A stretch of 63,972 bases of DNA, filler included, from Reclinomonas americana ATCC 50394 (lineage: Eukaryota): NCBI GenBank assembly GCA_048213135.1. It is 5 parts of 3 records of this genome, joined end to end, with 100 filler letters (N's around TTAATTAATTAA, not from the genome) between each part and the next. Parts side by side here need not be neighbours in the genome. Positions count along the whole stretch, not along the records: positions 1 to 23,338 come from PS015304.1; positions 23,439 to 44,739 come from PS015305.1; 3 more parts are not named here. One strand, given 5' to 3'. This document shows positions 12,692 to 25,419 of the stretch, one piece after another. How positions within the stretch are numbered: the stretch's first letter is position 1; the number at the start of each line of letters is the position of its first letter. The notes under the pieces were generated by a model that was not told the DNA's origin, searched no databases, and saw only the letters and a program-made list of their open reading frames with translations. Position numbers and translations under genes: made by a program.

Positions 12692-13495
12692 TCACTTGTA
12701 CTCATCAATGTGATGCCGTGAGCGTTCCAACTACATGCATGGAATGGGTCAACACAACGCGCCAGCGAGAGGCACTGCATACATGCAAGCGCACCTTGTT
12801 GTTGATAAACACCCACTCCTTGAGATCGTTGTGCTTGTCGGCCTTGAAAATGTAGCCAAACAGCAACGGCACCGGCACCTTGTCGCCCAGCAGCACCACA
12901 TTGACGTAGAAATACTTGTTCTTGTGCGGACACGGCCGTGCCTCCGACACCAGCACTTGCGACACTGCGCGGACGAGAAAATCCCATGTCACACCCACAG
13001 GATCGAGACATGAGACCATGGGGGAAAGACACTCACCGCGGTCAAAGTCGAACGCCGTCTCAAACTCGACTCGATTCACGCGGTGCGGGGCGCCACTCGG
13101 CCGATTCTCACGCACAATGCCCATGTTGCGTACGCGCACCGGTACAATGCTCTGATCCATGGCATTCAGTCGCTCCTGCATCGCACGATCAGCATCGGAA
13201 GAGTTGCACTCAGAGTAAGAGACAGTGATTGAACCATTTCCTCTTGCACGAGTGAGGCCACCCATGCTGCTGTCTTGCGATCCTCCAGAGGAATGAGATC
13301 ATCATCATCCATGTCGTCGTCGGCGACTAGCGAGGCAGCTGCGGCAGGCGCGGACGCAGAGGCACCTTCTGCTGAAGAAGCAGCAGCAGCTGCTGCTGCT
13401 GCAGCGGACTCACTCACAGCCACACTGCGCACCACAGTGCCGAAGCCCGCGGGCTCCTCAGAGAGTGCATCAGTGGGTTTGGAAGCCGAGGCCAT
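12692..13495 (-). CDS. Hypothetical protein, 4 exons, with a compact globular C-terminal domain
   Basis: MASASK...WVASLVQEEM|ERLNAMDQSIVPVRVRNMGIV...FDFDR|VSQVLVSEARPCPHKNKYFYVNVVLL...KEWVFINNK|LERSRHHIDEYK*; three GT-AG introns keep the frame. Confidence 0.7.
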
Positions 13496-13848
13496 CTGAG
13501 GCGAGTGCGGGGGAGGCGGGGCGAAGTGTGAGTGTGGCGCCTATGTGCACATTCACATCACCACCACCACCACCAAAACACGACAAGACCTGTTTTTTTC
13601 GTGCAAAAGTCGACAGCGATGTGGTGAGTGGATGGGTGGGAAGAGGGAGGAAAGGCGTTTGCGATGGAGGCGGATCGTGGCAGAGGACACAGGACGTTTC
13701 TTCATTTCGGTGGTCTCGCGTACGGGCTGCTGCCTTGGCTAACCTGGGCGAGAACGTCGCCTCCTCTGATCTTTTTGTCGCCACACAAATACAACCAGAA
13801 CACAATATGCGTGAGTGCATGTCATTATCGCGATAAGAGAGGCGACAA

Positions 13849-15438
13849 CTACGAAACTGGATGACTGCCGCTGTCGGCGTCGGCGGCTGGCGGATCGCGT
13901 GACCACATGCACAATCGAGAGTCCTCACCACCCGTAATCAGTACCCCGCTCTGTGCAACGATGCTGGGGGTGAGACGCACGATTCGCGCAAGTCGACGTT
14001 TTCTTGGTGACACACGCAACTTGCGACTCCCACACAGCACTGCGTACGACGCTCGCGTGGCCCTTGATCACAGTGAGCACGCTCAATTCGTCGTGCGCCA
14101 GCGATGAAAGCACGACATTTCCGCTGTGGACACAGAGTCAGGAAAAAACTGCGACACAAAAGACCTCGCGCAGCACCTCGCCGCACCTGTCGTCACCGCA
14201 CACCACCAACAACTCCTCCGAGCCCGGCGTGCCGAAGCAGTCCACAATGTAGCTGACGGGCACACCACCAGCCTTCTCCGACACCTCGTCTCGCAGCGCA
14301 GAGGCCTCGTACAGACGATCTTCCTGCTCACGCATACCCCCCACCAATGAGCACACCGCGGCAGGCAAGCACCGACAGCTGCCTTACGCACCGTGTCCAA
14401 CGTCCACACACTAAACGTCTGCGTGCCCGACGTGCAGCACATGAGCACGCCGTCGGTACCAAAGAACGACAAGCTCTGCACCGGATCCTCGGGATTCATG
14501 GCTGCCCCCGCAGTGCCAGGTGAGCAGCAAGCTCAACTCGCGGCCGCCACGAGTGCACGCAACTCGACATCAACGCCTCATCATCATCCTCCTCCCGCAC
14601 ATCGTAGACACACACGAGACCGTCCGAGTCGCCCGCGTACAACATGTGCGTGTTCACCGGGTGGAAGCGCACCTGCGTGACATCGTGCTGATGCACATCC
14701 TCGTATCGCCGCACCACCTCACCCGACGCTGCATCACTGCGCACCACTCAGCGGAATGCGCGCACGCGAATGACAAGGTAGCACCCAAAACAAGACGCAA
14801 CACGACATAGACTGCAGACTCGCAGCCGCACGCCATCAGTGTGCCCTCGGCGTTGACAGACACCGAGTACTTTTCACCTCCAGGCACTGCACTCAGGCAT
14901 GTGAGAGGCGCGCAGCAAGGCACACACAGAGTGTGAGGCACGAAACAGTCATTGAAGACCACAGCGGACTTGAGTGCCTCCACATCCCACACAGCGACAC
15001 TGCCATCGTCGGAGCAGGAGACGAGGTGGCCACTGGAAGGCACCCAGGCCAGGTCCTGAATGCGACCCGAGTGACCCGCCAGAGTGCCTGTGTGTGTGTT
15101 TGTGTCTGGTGATGCACATGCGCATCTGCACGAGCAGCAACAACAACAACAACACGCACCTACAAACGCAAGGCCCGGCAGCGAGTACAGCTTGATGGCA
15201 AAGTCCGAGTTGGCCACGGCCAGCAGCGCGTGTGAGCGTGAGCCCTGCGTGCGCGAAAGTCAGCGAAGTCGACGGGGGAAGAGTGTGCGAAAAGTGTGTG
15301 AAAGTGTGCGGAAAGCCGGTGCGCGTGCGTGTGTGCGTGTGTCAGCGCAACTGCTGGTGGAAGCAACCGCGCGGCCAGAATGTAGGCCGGGTCCTTGCCC
15401 AGTGTGTTCAGCACAGTCTTGCACAAGTGCAACTCCAT
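13849..15438 (-). CDS. WDR89: WD repeat-containing protein 89 (multi-exon)
   Basis: YEDVHQHDVTQVRFHPVNTHMLYAGDSDGLVCVYDVREEDDDEAL, GHASVVRSAVW and LITGGEDSRLCMW match WDR89 family motifs. Confidence 0.85.
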
Positions 15439-15656
15439 AATGATGATGATTGATCGAATCAAGGGTGCGCACGGCTTTTGTTCCTCACTCGCTCAGAGAG
15501 TCGCACCAAGCACGGCGACAGCGTGTCTTCAAAGACGAAGGGCAGACGGAAGTTGTCATGCCGGGACAAAGTGACTCATGTGTCGCGTTTGCCGTGTTTT
15601 GTGAGTGGCGCTCACTCGTGTGTGCAAGAGAGTGCGTGTAAGGAGGCACACGGAGA

Positions 15657-18600
15657 ATGCGCTTTGGCAAGGTGCTGGCGATTTGTGTGTGTTTGAGCAT
15701 GAATCGCATATCAGTTTGCTGAACTGTGCTTTCTCTCGCTGTGCGTTTGTGTTTGCGTGTGTGTGTGTTTGTGTGTGGTACATGTGCAGTACCTGGCGCA
15801 TCATTCGTTGCTTCATCGGGTGAGTGGCACGGCATGTCGCACACACACACACACTCTCTCTCTCACACACACACACACATCGCCCACTGTTTCCGCTGCC
15901 ACCCCTCCACTCTCCGAGTATACAAGCACATACACACGCATGCACACACGCTGTGAGCGCGCATTGACAGATTCGCTTATTCGATCACTCCTTCCCCCCC
16001 GACCAAAGGAATGGCGCTCGTACTATGTCAACTACAAAGGCCTGAAACGGGAGCTCTTGCGCTTTTTGGATGCCACCTCGCCGCGCGCTCAGGTTCCACA
16101 AGTCTCCTCACAACGAGGAGGCGCTGCGCGATCGCGTGATCGCTCATCGCAGCCGTCGTCGCCTCGGGCGACGGGATACGGGTCGACGGGATCGAGCTCT
16201 GCTGCTGCTGGAGGCGCTGGTGACGTGCCACAGCGGCGAGTGCGTGTGGAAATGGTTGAAGTGGAGGAGGTAACTGTAGTGCGTGTGCATGTGCTTCCAT
16301 CCCAGTCGATTCATATGCAGCCACTGATCGCAGGATGTACCGGTGTCGAGTGACGGAGTTGGCGGTGGCACAGTTCCGTCACACGCGTGTCTGCTCGATC
16401 CCCCTGCATACGCTTCTCACCTTCTTGTTGTTGCTGTTGTGCCAGGAGGAGGAGCGATTCTGGTTGCTGCGGCGTGTGCACGATGCGTTCATTGCGGCGC
16501 TGGACGCGGAGATTGTCAAGATTCAGCACTTTTGTGAGGAGCGATGTGCCGGCATTCTGGAGCGTTCGCGTCGGCTAAAGACAGAAGCTGAATCGGTGCG
16601 TGTGTCACGTGCTCTTCTTGCATGATTCTTCATCTTCTCCACGCTGAGTCGTCGCGTGCAGCTGGATCGATCGTCGGCATCGCAGCGTGCACTGATCAAA
16701 TCTGATTACATTCGCCTGTACCGCGATGCCGAGCAGCTGCAGAGTTTTCTCACCATCAACAAGCTCGCCGTGGTCAAGATCACCAAGAAGATGGTGAAAA
16801 CTGTGTCGCGCGCGGCCGCCGCCTTGTGTACACGCGTGACTTTGGGTAAGTCGTCGCTTCTTGTCGTCGTACGCACATTGATGCATCGCTCACTTGCATA
16901 TCTTCCCCACCTTCTCTCATCGCCTGGCAGTTAACACGCGGCCAATGTCGAGCGTCAACTCGTCGGCCACCTCCACCGACTCGGGCAGCGAGACGAGTTC
17001 CCTGGTGGGCGAAAGAAAAGACAAGAGCAAGGCACGCAAGCCGAAAAAGAAGAAGGTGAAGCCAGCCAAGCAGGCACCACAGCTCACAGCAGCGCAGGTA
17101 CTCGTTCCGTGCATCGCTGTTGTTCTTTCTTCCACCTGTCGGCTGACCTCTGCATCCAGGCGGCGGCACTCAGCGAGAGTGAACGACTCGCCAAGACACT
17201 GTTGCTGGAGGATGATGATGACGACGATGAGCTGGGCGATGTCGACGAGGACAGTGAGATTGCCGACGACGATGGGCACGATGATGTCTTGCCGTCCACC
17301 GACGACCTCGATGTGCTGACGCCCCGTGTGGCGCCGGTCACTCCAGCCCCTGCACGTCAATTCGAACCGAAACGCTCGCCACCAATAGCCATCTCGAGCT
17401 CTCTACTCTGTGCGTCCTGTACCTATGCCTGTGCTCGTTGTATTCCTGGAGGCACATCTGAAAATCACTTTCCACAGCCGCTGTCCCAATGGTGACGAGT
17501 GGCTCTGCACCGGAATCTGCCGACATGTTTGGTCGCCACAGTCCCGGCACATCCAGCGACTTGGCGCCACTTCTCTCTCACGCTGTCACGCCTGCTGCAG
17601 CTGCTGGGCGCCCAGTTGCGAATCGCTCGTTGCTTGCGCAAAGTATGTATGTACTCTCGCTGTCGCACTCACGTCCTCATCCCAACTGCGCAGGGCGCAA
17701 GTGATGGTGACACGACAGCAGCAGCCGGCCGATCATTGGGGTACGCGCCGTGTGTTATGTGTGTTTACCGCATGCCATCCAGCCAGCTCAGTATTCTTCC
17801 GTGTACATGCAGTGTTGGTGGCAGTGGTGGTGGCGTGCGGCGATCCACATCGGCTGTCGGTCTGTCGGCCGTTCGTGTTGACGATTCGTACCAGCAGCTC
17901 GCGCAAACAACGGACGCCAACTATCGGGAGCGTCATCGCTCGTACTCCATTCGACCGCACCGGAGTCAGTTGCGTTGTCGCTTCCATGTCTTTTATTTCT
18001 GCGGCAGTAGCAACGGTGATTCAACTGCGACACCCTGTTCGCCTCCAGACGGACTCGCAAAGGCGACTTGGCCAAGTTGCACGCTGCGCACGAGTCGAGT
18101 GACATTAGGATCGCACACGACATTGTGCACAAGAGCAAGGCAGCGTTGCACAGATTGCGCGGCAGTCCGGCATTGCGTGGCGAGCAAGTCAATGAGCTGC
18201 TGCGGGAGATTGAGGAGCAGTACTCGGTCATTTTCAAGGGTGGCAATCATGCGGCTGCGCTGTCGGTGTTGCGCACACCGCGTGTGTTATTCACGCACTG
18301 GGACACTTTTGTGCTGGCCTTCTCGTTGGGTATCAACTTGACGTTGGCCATTGCGCTGGCGTTCATGTTTGGTGTGTCGCACCCGCCGGACCACCACTCC
18401 AAACTGAACGATCCGAAGGCGGTGGCGCCGATTTTCCGTTTTGTGGGCCTCTTCATCCTCTACTTGTGGTTCTACGGTTTCGACTTGCTCATTTGGACGC
18501 GCAACAACATCAATCATGTCTACTTGCTTGATTTTGATCCGCGGCGCACATTAAGTTGGCTCGAGGCATTCAAGGTGCACGCNNNNNNNNNNNNNNNNNN

Positions 18601-20220
18601 NNCGTGTGTGTGGATTATTATCAAAAGAGGTGTCGGCGCATTTCTCACTCTTGTGTGTTTCTCTGGGCAGGCCGCTGGTGTGCTCACTTTTGTCTGGCTA
18701 CTGTACGCCTGTTTGTACATTGGCGCCGCACACAATCTGTACGACCCATTCGACGTCAGTAACACGAGTGTGTATCCGCTGGCCCTGGTGTTGACGGTCG
18801 TGCTCTTTGTGTGCCTGCCGCTCCCGTTCCTGCCGTGGACCACTCGCTGGTCCCTGTTGACATCTCTCGGACGCCTGCTCATCACGCCCTTTAGCATTGT
18901 TGTTTCGTGCCTCGCTGTCCGTGCGTACAGCACCGCTTAACGGACGCTGAATTTTTTGTGTGTCACAGAACTTCCGCGCCACATTCATCGCCGATTCGTT
19001 GACCAGGTTTGCTGAATGGAATGACAACGTGTCGAGTGTTGCATGTGGCACTCACAAATACACACGCAGCATGGTCGTCCCGTTGCAGGACCTGCAATAC
19101 ACACTCTGCTTCTATATTAGCAGCAATTGGAAGAATCAAGGTATGATGCGAGGGGAATGATGAGAAGAGCGTACAGCTCAAGAAGAGTGATGTCTCTGCA
19201 GGCGATCGTCAGTGCAAACGAATCAACAAGTACGGCGGACCCATGTTGGCATTCCTGCCGTTTTTGTGGAGGTGCGAATTCCCCCCGTCGTGTTGGTGTG
19301 TGCAGTTACGGTGGCGCTCACTGTGGACTGACGATCAGGTTGATGCAATGCCTGCGCAAGTACTTTGAGACGCGAAACAAATTGCACTTGGTCAACGCGG
19401 GCAAGTACATGTCGGCCATCACCGTGATTCTGTTTTCTACCTTGCACTCGACGCTGGGATGTGCGTGTGTGTGTATGTGTCTTGTGTGTCTTTCGTCTAT
19501 CTAGCTCACCCACGTTCCAGCTCCCGACGAACCGTGGGACGCCTTCCGCATCATATGGATTTGTCTGGTTATCATGTCGTCGCTATACGCCTACTCGTGG
19601 GATGTCACCATGGTGCTGTGAAGTCGCGCACGTTTTTGTGTATGTGCGTGTCCATGTCGCTGACGTTGCGTCTGCGCGCAGGATTGGGGGTTGTGGCGGA
19701 AGAAGGCGGCCTCCCCGCTGCTGCGCCATGATCTGTTGTACAAGTGGACGGCTGTGTACTACGTTGCCATGGTGAGCAAAAAATGGTGTGCACACATATG
19801 CAGGCGTTTACATCGGCTCTCACTATTGTTGTGCAGGTGGTCAACTTTTTCTTCCGCTGCGCTTGGGCCATTACCATTACGCAGGTGTGTGTGTTTGTTG
19901 GTGTTCGCTGTTGCGATGTATGGAGAGTGGCTCATACGGTGTACGCAGATCGAGCTGCTGCCGGAAGACTACTTTTTGGCGGCGTTGGCGGCTGTTGAAC
20001 TCAGTCGGTACGTACTGCGTGTCTTTGCCTGTCCTGCGCGTGAGCGCGCCGTTTTCATGTCCTCGCTCGTGATCGCAGACGTGCGCAATGGAATCTGTAC
20101 CGTGTCGAATATGAAATGGTATCGAATGAGAACGACTACCGCTCCACCTCGCTCGTTCCGCTCGCCATTCCAGCCGAGGAGACGGCTGATGATGTGCAGT
20201 CGCCCAAGAAAATTGCATAA
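15657..20220 (+). CDS. XPR1: SPX-EXS domain phosphate exporter (XPR1/SYG1/PHO1 family), multi-exon
   Basis: SPX motifs MRFGK|YL, EWRSYYVNYKGLK and NKLAVVKITKK; EXS motifs INHVYLLDFDPR, FIADSLTS, RLMQCLRKY, HLVNAGKY, YSWDVTMDWGL and RRAQWNLYRVEYE. Stop TAA at 20218-20220. Confidence 0.93.
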
Positions 20221-20315
20221 ACATTTGCATATAGAGTGTATTTAAACAACAAACATCTTACTACTTACTGTGGTTAAGCATTGCTTCTCCCCCCGCCTAT
20301 TCTCTCTCTCTATGA

Positions 20316-22086
20316 TTACATAAATTGTTGAATTGCAAACTCCACCGTCTCCTGCAACCAGTCGAAGCGATGCCGCTGTGCAATCGACAGCATGGTGTGC
20401 AGCGACATGCGGCAAGCGTCAGGCTCGCACAGACAGCGGAAGCCGCCAGAACACGTGCAGTATGCCGCCTGGCCAGTGTCCTTGACTTTGCGGCACCGCA
20501 AGCATTTCAGGTCCTGCACCTGGTACGCGCTGACCAGGTCGCGCGCCATGCCAACCAACATGTGCTCCAGTTGTGAACGATCGTACCTGCAACAGCAACG
20601 AATCAGCACGATGCGAGCGAGCCGAACACGCAAGCTGTATGGCAACACAACTGTTGATCGCACTGCGGGCAACGCCACGACTCGCCCGGCTCCACCGAGA
20701 CAATGGTATCGTCGCGCAGAATGTCCAAGTCGCCAAAGTAGTTGCAGTAGCGACAAATGACATCCGGTAGCACAAACGACCCCGTACGCTCACGGAACTC
20801 GGCAGCACTGCCATGAAAAAGAGAAGGCATCAGAGTGAGAACAGGAAGGGAGGAGAGTGCGCATGGTTGACGAGTGAAAAACCTGTCAAAATCGCGCACA
20901 CGCAGCAGTTTCAACATGTTCTGCACGTGACTGATGAGAAGAGATCACTTTTATCGATTGGCCACAGACGACCACGGGCATACCTTGCGCACACGCAGAA
21001 CAGAGCCAGCCACATCCTTGTCGAGCGAAAGCACGTGACAGACACACTTGACAAACTCGAGAGCCACTTGTGAGTACGGTACCGTGTCGGCCTCTGCAAT
21101 TGCCATGCAAGAGATGAGCACGTCAGCTTGATGCACACACAGGATAGCTGCAACGCACCAGGCTTGTAGTTTTCCATGTGCAGCTTCTGCGCGTGCATCT
21201 GAATGCGCGGTACGAGATCCAGCAGTCGCGGCGCCATGACACTGCGTGACACGACGTCAGCACACACACACACACACAAAAACCACAACCAGTTCCTCTC
21301 CTGCGCATGCAAACGCACTTGTCAAAGTAGTTGCGGATGCGCACAGCATGTTCGGACTCTGGGTAGCGCGTGTTGATTCGCGACACTTCGAGAATATACG
21401 TCGCCACAATCTCCTCGAATTGTTTCTGTGTCGCGCGACGTGAGTGCCAGGTGACAAGCGACACACACACATACATATAACGAACCCGCACGTCACTCGG
21501 CAGTGCCGAGGCAAGATTCCAGTGCACCGGAATGGTGACATTGGTGGCCAGCAGTGCACGTGCAGCTGCCTCCTTCTTGGAGCGCTTCGGCTTCAGCAGT
21601 GCCGTCAGCTTCTGCTGCTTGCGTTTCTCGGCCGCCTTCAGCTTGTCGTCGGCCTTCTTCTTGTTCTTCTTCCCCTTCTTGCCACCGTCGTCAGCATCGT
21701 CCGGTACCACGAACGAGCCCATCTGCACGCAGACCCCAGCAAAAACAGTGATCAATGAGCGTCATGCACAAAAGCAGAGTGCAGGAGACTCAATGCCGCA
21801 CCGATACTCCGTCGTCCTCCTCTGCCTCCTCCACCATCCTGTCGTCTTCCTCATCATCGTCCTCCATCACTCGCCGACGACGCGCCTTGCCCGGCAACGG
21901 CACCACCAGTTCGTTGCCCTTGCTGCTGCTGCTGCGATTGTCGTTGTCCTCGTCGTCATCATCGCTGTTGCCGTCCATGTCGTTGCCACTGTCGCCGCCC
22001 ATGGAATCTCCATCACTCTCGCTTACGTCGTCGTCATCATCATCATCATCGTCATCGTCGTCGTCGTCATTGTCGGAGGCGTCGCC
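20316..22086 (-). CDS. POLE: DNA polymerase epsilon catalytic subunit, C-terminal region (partial)
   Basis: HWNLASALP, ALEFVKCVCHVLSLDKDV, CysA (VICRYCNYFGDLD...WRCPQC) and CysB (YQVQDLKCLRCRKVK...YCTCSG) motifs, ending FDWLQETV. Confidence 0.93.
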
Positions 22087-22811
22087 NNNNNNNNNNNNNN
22101 NNNNNNNNNNNNNNNNNNNNNNNNNNNNNNNNNNNNNNNNNNNNNNNNNNNNNNNNNNNNNNNNNNNNNNNNNNNNNNNNNNNNNNNNNNNNNNNNNNNN
22201 NNNNNNNNNNNNNNNNNNNNNNNNNNNNNNNNNNNNNNNNNNNNNNNNNNNNNNNNNNNNNNNNNNNNNNNNNNNNNNNNNNNNNNNNNNNNNNNNNNNN
22301 NNNNNNNNNNNNNNNNNNNNNNNNNNNNNNNNNNNNNNNNNNNNNNNNNNNNNNNNNNNNNNNNNNNNNNNNNNNNNNNNNNNNNNNNNNNNNNNNNNNN
22401 NNNNNNNNNNNNNNNNNNNNNNNNNNNNNNNNNNNNNNNNNNNNNNNNNNNNNNNNNNNNNNNNNNNNNNNNNNNNNNNNNNNNNNNNNNNNNNNNNNNN
22501 NNNNNNNNNNNNNNNNNNNNNNNNNNNNNNNNNNNNNNNNNNNNNNNNNNNNNNNNNNNNNNNNNNNNNNNNNNNNNNNNNNNNNNNNNNNNNNNNNNNN
22601 NNNNNNNNNNNNNNNNNNNNNNNNNNNNNNNNNNNNNNNNNNNNNNNNNNNNNNNNNNNNNNNNNNNNNNNNNNNNNNNNNNNNNNNNNNNNNNNNNNNN
22701 NNNNNNNNNNNNNNNNNNNNNNNNNNNNNNNNNNNNNNNNNNNNNNNNNNNNNNNNNNNNNNNNNNNNNNNNNNNNNNNNNNNNNNNNNNNNNNNNNNNN
22801 NNNNNNNNNNN

Positions 22812-23338
22812 AGAGGTCAAGGGGCTTGCCTCGATCAGTCTCTCCTCATCATCCTCGGCACACAGTCGTGTCAAGACCACTCTGCGAAAGAACGACATGT
22901 TCAAGCTGCTGACTCTGCGTGTGCACTCAATGTGGCGCCTGTACCTGCTGAAGGATCACGCCAACTTTTCTGGCCTGCAAGTCAACGAAGATGGTGTGTG
23001 TCACTCACACGCCAGGCGTAGACAGAAGAGTCTGACAGTCTGCTGTTGTTGTTACAGTGTTGAGACAACTGGAGGAGCAGGAGCGTGAGCGAGCACGTGC
23101 AGCCGCGTCGGCCGATCCCACCGCCGTCACCAAGTCGGTGCAGGCCTCGTTCGACGGCACCATCTTTGGACCCGGCAGCAGCAATCGCCCACCTACGCAG
23201 CGAATGGTGCCAGAAAGACCTGGAGACGATGAACGAGCGGAAGAGGAGCGAATCGCGAACTCGGCGCACGGATCGTTCATGGAGGAGGAGGAGTCCGTCG
23301 TTGGCGCCATGTACAGTGATGTCGGCAGTGACGGTGAA
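22812..23338 (+). CDS. POLE: POLE DUF1744-region exons on a contig that appears flipped relative to the rest of POLE
   Basis: LRKNDMFKLLTLRVHSMWRLYLLKDHANFSG resembles POLE [29 protein letters not shown]. It runs into an acidic stretch that continues at 22086 on the minus strand. Confidence 0.7.
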
Positions 23339-23382
23339 NNNNNNNNNNNNNNNNNNNNNNNNNNNNNNNNNNNNNNNNNNNN

Positions 23383-23394
23383 TTAATTAATTAA
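23383..23394. other. Artificial six-frame-stop linker TTAATTAATTAA inside an N gap (also 44784-44795, 58346-58357, 62810-62821)
   Basis: Identical 12-mer centred in N blocks four times; a known type of contig-joining spacer. Confidence 0.95.
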
Positions 23395-23534
23395 NNNNNN
23401 NNNNNNNNNNNNNNNNNNNNNNNNNNNNNNNNNNNNNNAGAAGAAGAAGTCACCCACAGATTCACAACAAAGAGGTCACTGAGGGAAAGAAACGGAGGAA
23501 GAGTCACAAGCTCTTATACACACAGAGACGCAAC

Positions 23535-24132
23535 CCAGTGCCACGGGACGTTGCGCACGGCCGTGCGCTGGTACGAAGTGGTGTTGCCGCGGCTGTCACG
23601 ACCGTGACCGACAGTCTCGTACAGCTCCTGTTGCATCTCTATCGTGTACACAAACTGAATGCCGCGCTGCATGTGTGCCGCATTGATCTGCTCCAGCAGT
23701 TGGCGGAGGGCAGCTTGCGCCTGGCACACACAATTGTATCAATACATGATCGCCAGCACAGCAACGACAAAGTACACGACGAGACGCGCACCTGAGCGAC
23801 AGCCTGAGCAATCTTGGCCGCGTGCTGCGACTTGATGACGGCCATGTACGCAAAGATGGCACCAATGATGCAGCAGAAGCAGCCGCAAATGACGGCGCAA
23901 ATCGCCGTGGCCGTCCACTCAATCCTACGGTAGGAGAGAGCAGACGAAATGCAATGATTAGTCCGATGTCTGTCGCGCTAATGTCCAGCAGAGAGAGAGA
24001 GAGAGAGAGAGATAAACAAAAGTACGCAACGGGCTGCGGTTGATGTCGTCGACCTGACGGCCGTACTGCGCACCGACAACATGCAGCTGTTGCATGATGT
24101 TCGCATACTCCTCACTGTCAGCGCACAATGAG
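23535..24132 (-). CDS. Erf4/GOLGA7-like membrane protein, internal exons (flipped contig)
   Basis: SEEYANIMQQL...INRSP, a Cys-rich hydrophobic segment (AICAVICGCFCCIIGAIF), then LRQLLEQINAAHMQRGIQF...RNVPWHW. This splices in phase to IELRV at 24874 on the plus strand. Confidence 0.5.
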
Positions 24133-24873
24133 NNNNNNNNNNNNNNNNNNNNNNNNNNNNNNNNNNNNNNNNNNNNNNNNNNNNNNNNNNNNNNNNNNNN
24201 NNNNNNNNNNNNNNNNNNNNNNNNNNNNNNNNNNNNNNNNNNNNNNNNNNNNNNNNNNNNNNNNNNNNNNNNNNNNNNNNNNNNNNNNNNNNNNNNNNNN
24301 NNNNNNNNNNNNNNNNNNNNNNNNNNNNNNNNNNNNNNNNNNNNNNNNNNNNNNNNNNNNNNNNNNNNNNNNNNNNNNNNNNNNNNNNNNNNNNNNNNNN
24401 NNNNNNNNNNNNNNNNNNNNNNNNNNNNNNNNNNNNNNNNNNNNNNNNNNNNNNNNNNNNNNNNNNNNNNNNNNNNNNNNNNNNNNNNNNNNNNNNNNNN
24501 NNNNNNNNNNNNNNNNNNNNNNNNNNNNNNNNNNNNNNNNNNNNNNNNNNNNNNNNNNNNNNNNNNNNNNNNNNNNNNNNNNNNNNNNNNNNNNNNNNNN
24601 NNNGTCCTTCTCCCCTCACCCTCGCTCCGCATTTCTCCTTCTGTTTCTTTCTTTCTTTTCCCTCTCTCTTTGTTACCTCTCTGTTTCTCTGTTTCTCCCC
24701 TGCTCTCCATCTGTGTGCGACCTCTTTGATCCTTGTACTCACCAGTTGTCGCAATCCGTGCCGATCTCTCCTTCTCTTTCTGCTCTTCTTTCTTTTTTCT
24801 CCGGCTTTCTCCTCCTGTTTCTTTCTCTCGTTTTCTCTGACCTCACCTCTCCGTCCCCCTTCCGCCCTCGCAG

Positions 24874-25134
24874 ATTGAGCTGCGCGTCAACGCATCCCCG
24901 CAGTTCGCCGTGGCGGCACCTGGAATGTACCCGCCGATGGGCTACTACGCACCCCCGCCTGCCATGTACCCGCCTGGCGCCTACCCAGCTGCTCCGCCGC
25001 CGCCTGGTGGCGCTCCTGGATACCCTTACCAGATGCCACAGCCGGCGCTCGCGTACAACAACGCACCGCCGCCGCCGCCGCCTGCCGAGGGAGAGTACTC
25101 GTACCAGGCCCCGACCTCGGGTGGTGGCAAGTGA
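24874..25134 (+). CDS. Terminal Pro/Tyr-rich exon, probably of the Erf4-like gene
   Basis: Polypyrimidine tract and CAG acceptor, then IELRVNASPQFAVAAPGMYPPMGYY...GGGK*. Confidence 0.6.
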   Translation: MELRVNASPQFAVAAPGMYPPMGYYAPPPAMYPPGAYPAAPPPPGGAPGYPYQMPQPALAYNNAPPPPPPAEGEYSYQAPTSGGGK

Positions 25135-25419
25135 GCGTCCTCGTTCTTTTGGGTTTCTCGCGCACCCTTTCGCTTTTTTTACTCCCCTTCTCCTCCTCTC
25201 GACGTTTGCTTGTTGCTGATGTTTTGAATGTTGATTCAACAATGCATCGTGTTGTGGTTGCATGCAAATCGAGGTCGTCTGTTGTCGTGAGTTGCGAGCA
25301 TGTGTTCGGTTCGGACGGACAGACACAGGAAGGAAAGCGGCAACAACTTCACCTTCCATACTTGGAAGAAGCGCGTGTCGGTGGTGGTACCGGTGCCCCT
25401 CTTGGCCTCTTCACGGCCC

